Counted from the stretch's first letter, positions 10,454 to 20,667 are shown. The stretch is DNA of 64,000 nt from Candidatus Kerfeldbacteria bacterium CG15_BIG_FIL_POST_REV_8_21_14_020_45_12 (GCA_002781785.1 PFGC01000037.1:13589-77588); one strand, 5' to 3'. Numbers and translations are program-made. Notes: generated by a model not told the origin, from the sequence alone.

Positions 10454-11056
10454 TTAGATATTTTGGCGACCAGACATGGCATTTCCCAGTGTGATCTCAT
10501 CGGCAAACTCAATGTTTCCACCCATTGGGAGTCCACGAGCAATTTTAGTAATCTGAATTGAAGATTGATCCTTCAGTTGTTTCGCGATAAAAGCCGCAGT
10601 TGTTTCACCTTCCATGTCAGGATTTGTTGCCAGAATAATTTCAGTAACTCCGCCGCTAGCTACACGTGTTAGTAGTTCTTTAATGCGGAGTTGATCTGGC
10701 CCAGTGCCGTGTGCGTGATCTATAACACCGCCGAGTACGTGATAGACACCAGAGTAGGTGCCGGTTTTTTCGAACGCCATGACATCTTTGGGCTCGGCTA
10801 CAACGCAGATTATTTGTTTACTCCTTTCTGGATTTTCGCAGATTCCACAAAAATCATTTTCAGACACAGTGAAGCAGTCGGAACATAGTCTGATGGTATC
10901 CTTCAGTTCGTGAAGGCTACGAGCTAAGGCTTCGATTTCTGCAGTGGGTTGACGAAGCAAGTGAAAAACAAAACGTTCACTGGTTTTACTGCCAATGCCA
11001 GGTAGTTTATTAAACTCCCTAATTAAGCGTTGAATTGGTAGAGGTATTGAACGCAT
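10454..11056 (-). CDS. recR: Recombination protein RecR
   Basis: LPGIGSKTSERF helix-hairpin-helix, a CxxC..CxxC zinc finger and a Toprim domain. The start is taken at the ATG 6 nt inside the ORF. Confidence 0.9.
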   Translation of the reverse strand: MRSIPLPIQRLIREFNKLPGIGSKTSERFVFHLLRQPTAEIEALARSLHELKDTIRLCSDCFTVSENDFCGICENPERSKQIICVVAEPKDVMAFEKTGTYSGVYHVLGGVIDHAHGTGPDQLRIKELLTRVASGGVTEIILATNPDMEGETTAAFIAKQLKDQSSIQITKIARGLPMGGNIEFADEITLGNAMSGRQNI

Positions 11057-11065
11057 AGGCAAAAA

Positions 11066-11094
11066 AACCGGGGTGAAGCCGGTTTCTGTTTTAG
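11066..11094 (-). terminator. Terminator-like hairpin between ybaB and recR, possibly an attenuator
   Basis: Minus strand: AACCGG-cttcacc-CCGGTT followed by TTTTTTT, ending 4 nt before the recR ATG. Confidence 0.5.
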
Positions 11095-11396
11095 CCGAGA
11101 CTACTCATGTCTGGCATTTGGAGTTCTCCAGACTTGATCTTTTGTAACATGACGCGCTGAAGTTTTTTCATGGCGTTTTCAATGGCTTCTTTAACGCCAG
11201 CCTCTACTTTTGTTTTATTTTCAGGTGAGAAAAGTGAGGCATCGATGTCGATCGAAAGGATCTTTTGATTGCCATCCATAACTACACCGATAAGGCCGCC
11301 TACGGCATCGGCGTGTACTGTCTCCTTTTCTAGAACACCCTGGGCTGTCTTAGCGGTATCGCGTAAATCTTTGTACTGTTTGAGTTTTTGAAACAT
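11091..11396 (-). CDS. ybaB: Nucleoid-associated protein YbaB/EbfC
   Basis: 101 aa from the internal ATG (MFQKLKQ...); sits upstream of recR as in many bacteria. Confidence 0.85.
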   Translation of the reverse strand: MFQKLKQYKDLRDTAKTAQGVLEKETVHADAVGGLIGVVMDGNQKILSIDIDASLFSPENKTKVEAGVKEAIENAMKKLQRVMLQKIKSGELQMPDMSSLG

Positions 11397-11459
11397 ATCA
11401 GCTGTTATCGAATAATTGATGCTTATTGTATCGGTTTTAACCAATTTTGCAAGTCAGGG

Positions 11460-12866
11460 CTAGAAGGCCTCTGGTGGTGGGGGAGGAGGAGTACTGCCTG
11501 GGCCAAAGCGTCGTTCTAGGTTTTTGAAGGATGCTTTTTCACCATCGAAGAATAATTCTACCTGGCCAGTTGGACCATTTCGATGCTTGGCAATGAGAAT
11601 GTCAGCAATATTCTTTCGTTCGCTATCTCGTTTGTAATATTCTTCACGATAAATAAACATGACTACATCGGCGTCCTGCTCAATGGCTCCTGATTCACGC
11701 AAATGAGACAGTTTTGGGATTGGAGGGGACAGCTGTTCAACGGCACGAGACAACTGAGACAGAGCCAGGATTGGAATGTTCAATTCACGAGCGATAGATT
11801 TAAGACCACGTGAAATTTCTGCAATTTGTTGAACACGATTATCTGCGCTAGCACCACCAGCGTGACCTTCCATTAATTGTAGGTAATCGACAATCAAGAA
11901 GCCGATACCGTGTTCCATTTGAAGGCGACGCGCCTTTGTCCTAATTTCCATGATGTTCATATTGGCTGAATCATCAATAAACAAAGGAGCTTCCGCTAAC
12001 GCACCCATTGCCCGACCGATGCTGGAAAAATCCTCGTCGTTTTGTAACTTGCCAGTGCGCATTTTCCAAAGATCAACACCAGCCTCAGCGCAAAGCATAC
12101 GATCTCCCAGTTGATCTTTGCTCATTTCCAAAGATACAATTGCGGTTGGAACCTTTTCATTCACGGCGACGTGGCGGGCTAAGTCTAAGGCTAAACCAGT
12201 CTTACCCATAGAAGGTCTGGCCGCCAAGACAATCAGGTCTGACTTCTGGAAGCCTCCTAGCATATCGTCTAGGGCTGCGAAGCCAGTCGGGACGCCGCGT
12301 AGTTTTCCCTCATTACGGTGAATTTCATCTAGCCTATCAAAGGCGTCAGTCAGGACTGAGTGCAGGGGTACAAAATTTTGGCGCATGAATTTTTGAGAAA
12401 CCCCAAAGAGTGACTGCTCAGATTTGTCTAGCAGGTTCTCCACTGAATCATTTTCTTCTTGTCCAAAATTAACGATGTTGTGGCCGGCTTTAATTAAGCG
12501 CCTTAGTGTGGCCTTTTGCTGAACAATGCGGGCGTAATGAAGAATATTACTGGCGGTTGGGACTGAATTTGCTAGCGATGCCAAAAAAGCGCGTCCACCA
12601 ATATCTTCAAGTAGATTACGATCACTCAGCTTGCCGGCCAGTGATAAGGCGTCGACTGGCTCACGTTTGCTGTATAGTTCACTGATCGAATCAAAGATAA
12701 GGCGGTGTTTTTCAGCGTAAAAATCGTCGGCTGTGATTAAGTCGGCGATCTTAATCATGGCGTCTTGATCAATCAAAATAGAGCCCAATACAGCTTCTTC
12801 TGCTTCTCGGTTGTGTGGCGGTACATTCTTGAGTTCTTCCGCAGACGGTTGGTTTGTGGTGTCCAT
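11460..12866 (-). CDS. dnaB: Replicative DNA helicase DnaB
   Basis: Walker A PSMGKTGLALD, Walker B LIVDYLQLM, and a DnaB N-terminal domain. An ATG with an AAGGA ribosome-binding site at 12866 is preferred over the GTG at 12926. Confidence 0.9.
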   Translation of the reverse strand: MDTTNQPSAEELKNVPPHNREAEEAVLGSILIDQDAMIKIADLITADDFYAEKHRLIFDSISELYSKREPVDALSLAGKLSDRNLLEDIGGRAFLASLANSVPTASNILHYARIVQQKATLRRLIKAGHNIVNFGQEENDSVENLLDKSEQSLFGVSQKFMRQNFVPLHSVLTDAFDRLDEIHRNEGKLRGVPTGFAALDDMLGGFQKSDLIVLAARPSMGKTGLALDLARHVAVNEKVPTAIVSLEMSKDQLGDRMLCAEAGVDLWKMRTGKLQNDEDFSSIGRAMGALAEAPLFIDDSANMNIMEIRTKARRLQMEHGIGFLIVDYLQLMEGHAGGASADNRVQQIAEISRGLKSIARELNIPILALSQLSRAVEQLSPPIPKLSHLRESGAIEQDADVVMFIYREEYYKRDSERKNIADILIAKHRNGPTGQVELFFDGEKASFKNLERRFGPGSTPPPPPPEAF

Positions 12867-13036
12867 TTTTCCTTTGGTAATAGGAGATTTATTGTACAGA
12901 AAAAGCTGGTTTGAAGCGAGGGTCACAAGTCACAAGATGTCCCTTTGTTATCCACGTTATTATCCCCTTAAATCAGCGGGTGCATTCCGTTGACATAGAG
13001 TTTATCGGGTGATATGTTAAGAGCCGGTTTTTATAT

Positions 13037-13109
13037 GGGACGTTAGCTCAGTTGGTAGAGCAGCAGCCTTTTAAGCTGATGGTCGCAGGTTCAATCCCTG
13101 CACGTCCCA
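13037..13109 (+). tRNA. tRNA-Lys (anticodon TTT)
   Basis: Cloverleaf GGGACGT/ACGTCCC acceptor, anticodon loop CTTTTAA, T-loop TTCAATC. CCA is not encoded. A hairpin terminator follows at 13112-13132. Confidence 0.9.
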
Positions 13110-13135
13110 CAATAGCGCCTTCGGGCGCTTTTATG

Positions 13136-13164
13136 TTGAATTTATAGATAGATATTGTTATACT
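13136..13164 (+). promoter_or_regulatory. Sigma70-like promoter (TTGAAT-17-TATACT) for the small ORF
   Basis: -35/-10 hexamers with 17-nt spacing, 13 nt upstream of the ORF. Confidence 0.5.
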
Positions 13165-13176
13165 CTTCAGCAGATT

Positions 13177-13365
13177 ATGTCTAAAACCAAAGATTTAATG
13201 GATGAGGTTGACGATCTAGGCCAAGATCTCACCAAGGGAGCTATGCTTAGCCGAGCACTGGGGGTTGCCTTTGCAGTTTTCTTTTTCGCAGTTTTTTTAT
13301 TTATTGGAGTGGTTGTGTTATTTGCTAAGTTAGCAACTAAAATTGGTCCTGGCGGAGCTCAGTAG
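13177..13365 (+). CDS. Small single-pass membrane protein (62 aa), own promoter and terminator, immediately upstream of the P-type ATPase
   Basis: Acidic N-terminus, then a 25-residue hydrophobic helix (AFAVFFFAVFLFIGVVVLFA). A terminator follows (AGCGCtgcgGCGCT then T-run). Confidence 0.4.
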   Translation: MSKTKDLMDEVDDLGQDLTKGAMLSRALGVAFAVFFFAVFLFIGVVVLFAKLATKIGPGGAQ

Positions 13366-13437
13366 GTTTGGTTGGATTTGTATTGTGAGCGCTGCGGCGC
13401 TTGATTTTTTTGGCTAGAAATGGTATGATGATCGATA

Positions 13438-16134
13438 ATGAGTGATTCAATGAAAACTTTTTACGACTTATCAGCTGAAGAGGCCTTGAAGCTTTTTAAT
13501 TGCACTGAAGTTGGGCTAGATGAGGAGGTTATTGAGCAGCGTCTGATTAAGTACGGACGAAACGTGCTTCCAGAGCCAGCTAGCACTCCTTGGTTTGTGC
13601 TGCTCTTTAATCAAGTTAAGAGCTTTTTGATAATTTTATTAATTGTTGCGGCTATTGTCAGTTATATACTTGGAGACACAGCTGATGCCATGATTATTAT
13701 TGTCGCTGTAGTAATAAACATGGTGGTTGGTTTTATTCAGGAGTGGAAAGCTGAAAAGTCAGTGGAGGCTTTACGTCGAGTGATTGCTCAGCAAGCTAAG
13801 GTTAGGCGGGGAGGAAAAGAGGCTTTAATTCCAGTCGAGCAGTTGGTACCGGGAGATATATTATTGCTTGATGCTGGAGACAAGGTTCCGGCGGACGCTA
13901 GATTATTGAAGTTAAATGATTTCACGACGAATGAGGCTCCCTTAACTGGAGAATCTAATGAGGTAGTAAAGTCACTTGAAAAAATTGATGCTAGCGCGGT
14001 AATAGGGGATCGAGTGAATATGGTCTTTTTGGGGACGACTGTTTTACAAGGGTCCGCTGAAGCGGTGGTGACACACACAGGCGTCAATACTGAAATTGGT
14101 AAAATTGCTGCCTTGCTCGATAAAGCTGATTCAGGAGAAACTCCACTGCAAAAAAAATTAGATAGATTTGCTCGTGGAGTTGGTATCGCAGTTATTTTGA
14201 TTTGTGTTGCTCTGTTTATTGTAGGTGTGCTAGTTGGGATGGACCCCTTAGAAATATTTACTATATCAGTAGCGGTAGCTGTTTCAGCCATACCTGAAGG
14301 CTTGGTAGTGGCGGTTACGGTAATTTTGGCTCTTGGCATGCAGCGAATATTAAAGCGCAACGCCTTGGTTAGAAATTTACAAGCTGCTGAGACTTTGGGA
14401 TCAACGAGTGTTATTTGTACAGATAAGACCGGCACAATTACAGAAGGGAAGATGGAAGTTGTGTCAGTGGTTACGGCCAAGCAAGAATTTCAGGATCTTC
14501 ATCATGTGAGAAGAAATGATCCAACGGAGCTTAGTGAACTTATTTTTGCAGTGCAACTTGGCATGCTCTGTAATGATGCTCATGTTACTGAAAATGATTC
14601 TGGCTTGAAAGATTCAATTATAGTTGGAAATCTTACTGAGCAGGCTCTGCTTAGGGCCGGCATGGCCGTAGGCATTGATCATGTGATATTAAAAAGTGAG
14701 GAGCCTCGCATATCTACAATACCGTTCAATTCGAAAAATAAGTTTATGGCGACCCTCCATAAACACCCAGAGCTTGGAAAACGTATTTACATGAAGGGTG
14801 CGCCAGAAAAAATTGTGGCTATGTCAACGCAGGTCAGGTCCGGAGAGCAGGCGATTGCTTTTGATGACGAGATGAAGAGTAAATTTGAAAATGAGTTTGA
14901 GAAATGTTCTCGCAAGGGTTTAAGAATTTTGGGGTTAGCATATAAAAATGTTTTAGAATCAACTGAGGAGATAGCTGAGCAAGATTGCACTGATATGATT
15001 TTTGCTGGTTTTGTGGGGATTAAAGATCCACTTCGTCCTAATATAGCTGAAACTTTTGCTAAAACTAAAGCTGCTGGTATTCGTACAGTGATGATCACCG
15101 GTGATCACAAATTAACGGCTCAGGCTATCGCTGCTGAAGTAGGTTTATTGGTTGAGGATAAAAATATCCTAACGGGTGATGAGTTGCATGCCATGACACA
15201 GGAAGAGTTAAATAGTCGAGTAGAAGATATTACGGTTTATGCGCGTGTGTCTCCAGAAGACAAACTTAATATTATCAATGCTTGGAAATCACGCGGTAAA
15301 GTGGTAGCTATGACAGGTGATGGTGTGAATGATTCGCCGGCTCTCAAAACTGCCTCGATTGGAGTGGCGCTGGGGTCTGGTACTGACGTGGCTAAAGAGG
15401 CGGCTGACATTGTTTTATTGGATGATAGATTTGAAACCATTGTAGCGGCAGTAGAGGAGGGTAGGGGTATTTTTGATAATATCCGCAAAGTAGTTTTATT
15501 TTTGATGTCGGATTCCTTTTCTGAGGTTGTGGTTATTTCTTTTGCGATAATGTTGGGACTTCCAGTGCCGTTGACGGCTGCTCAAATTCTTTGGATAAAT
15601 TTAGTGAGTGATGGTTTTCCGAGTGTTGCATTAACAGTTGATCCCAAAGACGAGGGTATCATGGATGAGCCGCCGAGATCGTTGCGTGAGTCAGTTTTAA
15701 ATAATGAGATGAAGATATTGATTTTTATAATTAGTGTAGTGACAGGAATTTTAAACATATTGGTTTTTTGGTATTACTTGAAGACGACCAATAATCTTGA
15801 GTTATCTCGCTCTGTAGTATTTCTGAGCTTGTCTATAGACTCTTTGATTTATGTATTTTCGATTCGACAGTTACGCCGACCTTTGTTTAGCCGAGGCATT
15901 TTTAAAAACCGTTGGTTATTATTGGGCGTCGCAGCATCATTTTTTATTCAGTTATCAGCCTTCTATGTACCGCCGTTATCTCGATTGATGAAAACAGTAC
16001 CATTAGGTTTGCGTGACTGGGGTGTAGCTATAACTATAGCCACACTTGTAATTATGGTAACTGAGATAATAAAGTATATTTTCAATAGAAGACATCGTCG
16101 AACTAATTATAAAAATAGATCAGCACTGGCATGA
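13438..16134 (+). CDS. P-type cation-transporting ATPase (P2-type Ca2+/Mg2+-like)
   Basis: 898 aa; DKTGTIT phosphorylation site, TGDHKLTA, GDGVNDSPALK, and 10 TM segments. It has its own TTGATT-17-TATGAT promoter. Confidence 0.9.
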   Translation: MSDSMKTFYDLSAEEALKLFNCTEVGLDEEVIEQRLIKYGRNVLPEPASTPWFVLLFNQVKSFLIILLIVAAIVSYILGDTADAMIIIVAVVINMVVGFIQEWKAEKSVEALRRVIAQQAKVRRGGKEALIPVEQLVPGDILLLDAGDKVPADARLLKLNDFTTNEAPLTGESNEVVKSLEKIDASAVIGDRVNMVFLGTTVLQGSAEAVVTHTGVNTEIGKIAALLDKADSGETPLQKKLDRFARGVGIAVILICVALFIVGVLVGMDPLEIFTISVAVAVSAIPEGLVVAVTVILALGMQRILKRNALVRNLQAAETLGSTSVICTDKTGTITEGKMEVVSVVTAKQEFQDLHHVRRNDPTELSELIFAVQLGMLCNDAHVTENDSGLKDSIIVGNLTEQALLRAGMAVGIDHVILKSEEPRISTIPFNSKNKFMATLHKHPELGKRIYMKGAPEKIVAMSTQVRSGEQAIAFDDEMKSKFENEFEKCSRKGLRILGLAYKNVLESTEEIAEQDCTDMIFAGFVGIKDPLRPNIAETFAKTKAAGIRTVMITGDHKLTAQAIAAEVGLLVEDKNILTGDELHAMTQEELNSRVEDITVYARVSPEDKLNIINAWKSRGKVVAMTGDGVNDSPALKTASIGVALGSGTDVAKEAADIVLLDDRFETIVAAVEEGRGIFDNIRKVVLFLMSDSFSEVVVISFAIMLGLPVPLTAAQILWINLVSDGFPSVALTVDPKDEGIMDEPPRSLRESVLNNEMKILIFIISVVTGILNILVFWYYLKTTNNLELSRSVVFLSLSIDSLIYVFSIRQLRRPLFSRGIFKNRWLLLGVAASFFIQLSAFYVPPLSRLMKTVPLGLRDWGVAITIATLVIMVTEIIKYIFNRRHRRTNYKNRSALA

Positions 16135-16904
16135 GAGTTACTAAACAGGATATTTTCAACGTTAAAACTCAGTTGCAGCAGGAGATTCAGCAATATGAAA
16201 AGCAGTTGCAAGAGTTAATTGTTAAGCAGGGCATGATTACCAAGGTGGCTGAGTTAGCTCAATCAATTTTGGAATACAATGAACTAGAGCGAAATATTGG
16301 TGATCGAACCTATATTTTTGCATTACTGTCTTCCCCTCCAGAGTCGCTGAGGAACCCTTTGGTGAAGTCTAATTTATTTTCCTATATTGAGGCCGCTGAA
16401 ACGGTCAGTGTTGAGTTGGTTGATTTTTTGTTAAATGATTTTATTCAGCAGATCAAATTTGATATTCAAAATGGTGAAGATGATGACCCTGGCTTGGTTC
16501 AAGCTGAGTATAAAGAGTACATTATTCCAGGTAAAATAATCGCCGAGAGATTTGATGAAATCGAACCCTTACTCGAAGAGATGAACCGTTTCTGTAAAGT
16601 GCTTCAGCCTAACTATGATGCCAATGAGGCTCAAACGGTTTTAGAGTATGGAATTCGTAAGTCAATATCGGCAGACACTAGAATGGATCCAACACTTCAT
16701 TTATTAAAGGAGGTTAAGTTACAATATTTAACACCAGAAGCACGGGCAAGATTAGTGGATGAGGTTGAGGAGCATTTGGCCATAATTAGATTTGAGGTGG
16801 CGAAGGATCAGAATATTGCTATGGATAAGGCCATCACAATGCTGGAGGCAAGAGAGATGAATCATGGAATTCCTGATTCTGCACCAACTCCGCCGCAAAG
16901 TTAA
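16131..16904 (+). CDS. Hypothetical protein (helical, acidic)
   Basis: 257-aa intact ORF with native-like composition; no family recognised. Confidence 0.4.
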   Translation: MRVTKQDIFNVKTQLQQEIQQYEKQLQELIVKQGMITKVAELAQSILEYNELERNIGDRTYIFALLSSPPESLRNPLVKSNLFSYIEAAETVSVELVDFLLNDFIQQIKFDIQNGEDDDPGLVQAEYKEYIIPGKIIAERFDEIEPLLEEMNRFCKVLQPNYDANEAQTVLEYGIRKSISADTRMDPTLHLLKEVKLQYLTPEARARLVDEVEEHLAIIRFEVAKDQNIAMDKAITMLEAREMNHGIPDSAPTPPQS

Positions 16905-16914
16905 CAAAATATAT

Positions 16915-17340
16915 ATGGGCGATAAAGTTGTTCGATTCGACTTTGTGAAAAAACGTCGCTTAGAGCCAGGTGAGCCTGATGTTGAAGAATTTGCTAAACC
17001 GGAGCCAGTGTTGGATACGGAGCCACACCCTCAATCGAGTCCTGATGCCAGCATTAAAAGAGAGCGCTCAGGGGTGGTGCCGCCTGAAGATAGATTTGAT
17101 TTTGAAAGGCTGATTGCTACCTTAAACGGTTTAGCGGCTTTGCGTGAGGCCAGTGGCATTGCTCGTCGGCCAGACAGAGTGATGACCAGGCACGCTGCCG
17201 CTCAAATGGATGGATGGACAGTAGGGGAATTATGGCGTGCCATCAATCAGGGAAATGAACGAGATTGGGCTAAGCAGCCATCATATTACGATGCTGTGAT
17301 TGAAGAGCTGACACGACGAGGTTTATTGCCTACGCGTTAG
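16915..17340 (+). CDS. Hypothetical protein
   Basis: 141 aa from the internal ATG; no family recognised. Confidence 0.35.
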   Translation: MGDKVVRFDFVKKRRLEPGEPDVEEFAKPEPVLDTEPHPQSSPDASIKRERSGVVPPEDRFDFERLIATLNGLAALREASGIARRPDRVMTRHAAAQMDGWTVGELWRAINQGNERDWAKQPSYYDAVIEELTRRGLLPTR

Positions 17341-17402
17341 AGCGTTGTCAAATTGAAAAACTGGTGATACTCTTGGGTCTCATTCATTGAGTTATTTGTT
17401 TT

Positions 17403-18746
17403 ATGCATGTATTTATTAAAGATTTTGGTGCGCACGTCGACGAAGAGGTAGTAGTACGAGGGTGGGTTTATAATATGCGCTCTTCCGGAAAGATCGCCTT
17501 TTTGCAGCTGAGAGATGGTTCTGGCTTTACCCAAGCCATTGTTTCTCAACATGACGCACCTGAGCCAGTTTGGGAGGCGGTCGGCACGCTGACTATTGAG
17601 ACATCTGTCGAAATTTCTGGGGTGGTCTCAAAGCACCCAAAAAAGGAAGAGTATGAATTGCAGGTTCGTGACGTGAAGGTTTTGCATTTAGCAGAAGAGT
17701 ATCCCATTGGAAAAAAAGAGCACGGTCCGGATTTCTTGTTGAATAATCGACATCTCTGGTTACGTGCCCCAAGGCAGTGGGCAATTCAACGGATTCGTCA
17801 CACGATTTTTTACGCGATTCATGAGCATCTGGCTAGCGAAGGGTTTACGCGATTTGATACTCCTATTCTAACACCGACTTCGTGTGAGGATACCACGGAG
17901 TTGTTTGAAATGGATTATTTCCCAAAGGAAAATAGTGGTACCTCAGAGCTATCTGAAGATGGCACAGAGATGAGCGTGCACGATAAGGCGTATCTTACCC
18001 AAAGTGGCCAGTTGTATTCTGAGGCAGCTATTTTCTCTCTTGGTCGGGTCTTTGATTTTGGGCCGGTCTTTCGAGCAGAGAAATCAAAAACTCGGCGTCA
18101 TCTGACGGAATTTTGGATGATGGATGCCGAGATTGCTTTTGCTGATTGGAAAGAAAACATGGATGTTCAAGAGAGAATGGTGCAAGCTATTATTAAGACC
18201 GTGCTCGAGCGCAATCAACAGGAATTACAGATTTTAGAGAGAGACACTAGCAAACTTGAGGCCTGCCTAGTACCATTTGCACGCATGACCCATGCAGAGG
18301 CAGTAGCAAAGTTACAGAGCATGGGTTCTGATATCCAACCAGATCAGGATATGGGTGCCGATGATGAAACTATGCTAATGCAAGAGTTCACTACGCCACT
18401 CTTTATTGAAAAGTACCCAGCCAAGGTGAAGGCTTTTTATATGAAGCCTGACCCAGAAGATTCCTCGCGCGTCTTATGTTCTGACCTACTTGCTCCAGAA
18501 GGATATGGAGAGGTAATTGGTGGTTCTGAGCGTATTGCTGATTATGATTTGTTGGTAGCTAAAATGGCTGAGTTCAATTTAGATCGCAAACCATTTGAGT
18601 GGTATTTGGATCTTCGCCGCTATGGTTCTGTGCCACACGCTGGTTTTGGAATTGGACTGGAACGTACGGTAGCTTGGATTTGTGGGTTAAAACATGTCCG
18701 TGAAACCATTCCTTTTCCACGAATGATTAATCGGTTGACTCCGTAG
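17403..18746 (+). CDS. asnS: Asparaginyl-tRNA synthetase
   Basis: Class IIb synthetase: N-terminal OB fold, motif 2 FRAEKSKTRRHLTEFWMMDAE, and C-terminal GFGIGLERTVAW. Confidence 0.85.
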   Translation: MHVFIKDFGAHVDEEVVVRGWVYNMRSSGKIAFLQLRDGSGFTQAIVSQHDAPEPVWEAVGTLTIETSVEISGVVSKHPKKEEYELQVRDVKVLHLAEEYPIGKKEHGPDFLLNNRHLWLRAPRQWAIQRIRHTIFYAIHEHLASEGFTRFDTPILTPTSCEDTTELFEMDYFPKENSGTSELSEDGTEMSVHDKAYLTQSGQLYSEAAIFSLGRVFDFGPVFRAEKSKTRRHLTEFWMMDAEIAFADWKENMDVQERMVQAIIKTVLERNQQELQILERDTSKLEACLVPFARMTHAEAVAKLQSMGSDIQPDQDMGADDETMLMQEFTTPLFIEKYPAKVKAFYMKPDPEDSSRVLCSDLLAPEGYGEVIGGSERIADYDLLVAKMAEFNLDRKPFEWYLDLRRYGSVPHAGFGIGLERTVAWICGLKHVRETIPFPRMINRLTP

Positions 18747-18949
18747 CTTAGATAGGTTAGAGTCGCTTTATGAAATTTTGCGTGAACAATAATGACAACA
18801 ACGATACCCAGCTCCAGCTGGTTCCGTTGTCGTAGTGACTCACGACAGATAGTAGACGGACCGGCCTAAGGAGCCGGTCGTTTTCTTTCTAGGAGCAGAC
18901 GTCAGACCAAAAAATATGCTATTCTACTAACAAGAATTCAACACTATTT

Positions 18950-20341
18950 ATGAAAAGAACTTGGATAATCGAAACAACAGAGCAGGTCGGCGAGGAGGTA
19001 AAAGTCAGTGGCTGGGTGCATGTACGCCGAGATATGGGAAAGCTGATTTTCATTGAACTTCGTGATAAAACCGGCCTAATTCAGGTAGTATTTTTGCCGA
19101 ATTATGCTGAGTTATTGGCGCAGGCTAGTTCGTTACGATCTGAATTTGTTGTCTCAATTACTGGACGAGTGAACGCTCGCCCAGAAAAACAGGTGAAAGA
19201 TGATCACCCCACTGGCACAGTTGAGTTGGAGGCACTCTCAATGGAAATTCTAAGTGAGGCTGCCACCCCTCCATTTGAACTGACTGAAGATACCAGTAAG
19301 ATTGATGAGAATATTCGCTTGAAATATAGATATCTAGATATTCGAACACAGCGTCTTCAAAATAATTTAGAGATGCGCAGTAAGTTTGTGCAGAGTGCTC
19401 GAGAGTACCTGTTTGAAAATAGATTTACTGAGGTTGAAACACCGTTACTGACCAAATCAACACCAGAAGGTTCGCGAGATTTTCTAGTCCCGTCACGTCA
19501 TGCTAGAGGTTCGTTCTATGCACTGCCTCAATCTCCGCAGCAGTATAAACAGTTGCTAGTTGGTGGGGGAGTCGAGCGGTACTTTCAAATTGCCCGAGCT
19601 ATTCGTGATGAGGATCTAAGAGCTGACCGAGGTTATGAGCATAGTCAAATCGATATTGAGATGGCCTTTGTCGAACAGGAAGATATCCTGAGCACGGTTG
19701 AAGCCATGATGATTCAAACGGTTGAGGCGATGGGATTTACGATTAAGGAAAAACCATTTCCTCGTATTACCTATGCGGAGTCGATGGAGAAGTATGGAGC
19801 TGATAAGTTTGACTTACGTACGGAAGAAGATAAAGCTGCGGGTGTTCTCGCCTACGCTTGGGTGGTTGATTTTCCATTTTTTGAAAAGACGGAAAATGGT
19901 GGATGGACCTTTAGTCACAACCCATTCTCCATGCCTAAGCCTGAACATGTTGAGTGGTTGATGGAAGGAAAAAATATTGACCAGATTATTACTCAGCAGT
20001 ATGACTTGGTTTGCAATGGGTACGAGGCAGGAGGTGGTAGTATTCGAGCGCATAAGGCAGAGATCCTGAGAGCCACTTATAAAATTATGGGTTACTCAGA
20101 AGCAGAGACTGAGGAGAGCGTTGGTCACATGCTTGAAGCCTTCTCATATGGTTTTCCGCCCCATGGTGGCATCGCGCTTGGTATTGAACGCAACCTTATG
20201 AATCTGACGGGTGAAACCTTTCTTCGTGAAGTACAGGCTTTCCCAATGTCATCACAAGGTCGCACTGCGGTAATGGATGCTCCAGGGCAAGTGAGCCAAC
20301 AGCAGCTAGATGAACTTGGTTTGATCATTCAGAAAGACTAG
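18950..20341 (+). CDS. aspS: Aspartyl-tRNA synthetase, short archaeal/eukaryote-type (no GAD insertion domain)
   Basis: 463 aa; FQIARAIRDEDLRADR and GGGSIR class II motifs. Its length rules out the ~590-aa bacterial type. Confidence 0.85.
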   Translation: MKRTWIIETTEQVGEEVKVSGWVHVRRDMGKLIFIELRDKTGLIQVVFLPNYAELLAQASSLRSEFVVSITGRVNARPEKQVKDDHPTGTVELEALSMEILSEAATPPFELTEDTSKIDENIRLKYRYLDIRTQRLQNNLEMRSKFVQSAREYLFENRFTEVETPLLTKSTPEGSRDFLVPSRHARGSFYALPQSPQQYKQLLVGGGVERYFQIARAIRDEDLRADRGYEHSQIDIEMAFVEQEDILSTVEAMMIQTVEAMGFTIKEKPFPRITYAESMEKYGADKFDLRTEEDKAAGVLAYAWVVDFPFFEKTENGGWTFSHNPFSMPKPEHVEWLMEGKNIDQIITQQYDLVCNGYEAGGGSIRAHKAEILRATYKIMGYSEAETEESVGHMLEAFSYGFPPHGGIALGIERNLMNLTGETFLREVQAFPMSSQGRTAVMDAPGQVSQQQLDELGLIIQKD

Positions 20342-20667
20342 TGCGTCTATCCGCGCTTCAACAATATATTTTAAGTCAAACACTTGAAGAGGGTGGGCGT
20401 GTTGGACGCACCCTCTTTTTGGTTTTTTATGAAGGTGAGGAGAGAGACACAAAAGAGCAACTACGCGGAAAAATTATCACTCATAGCATAGAACGATTAA
20501 TCGACCGTGGTTATTTAATTGGACATGGTCACCGTACTCAGGAGAAGTGGTTTATTGATAAGGTTTCATTAACACCAGCAGGTACGAAAGAGGCGAGGCT
20601 CTTGATTGCTCAGCAGCAGACACTGCCTCTAAAGAAGCGATCGGCTAGAAAAAATGGTAATCAATAG
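20341..20667 (+). CDS. Hypothetical small basic protein (possible winged helix)
   Basis: 108 aa with a GTG start overlapping the aspS stop. Confidence 0.3.
   Translation: MRLSALQQYILSQTLEEGGRVGRTLFLVFYEGEERDTKEQLRGKIITHSIERLIDRGYLIGHGHRTQEKWFIDKVSLTPAGTKEARLLIAQQQTLPLKKRSARKNGNQ

Noticed and set aside
13788-14480. 230-aa minus-strand ORF inside the P-type ATPase gene
   Set aside because: Antisense to a strongly supported CDS, with Thr/Ser/Ala-rich low complexity.
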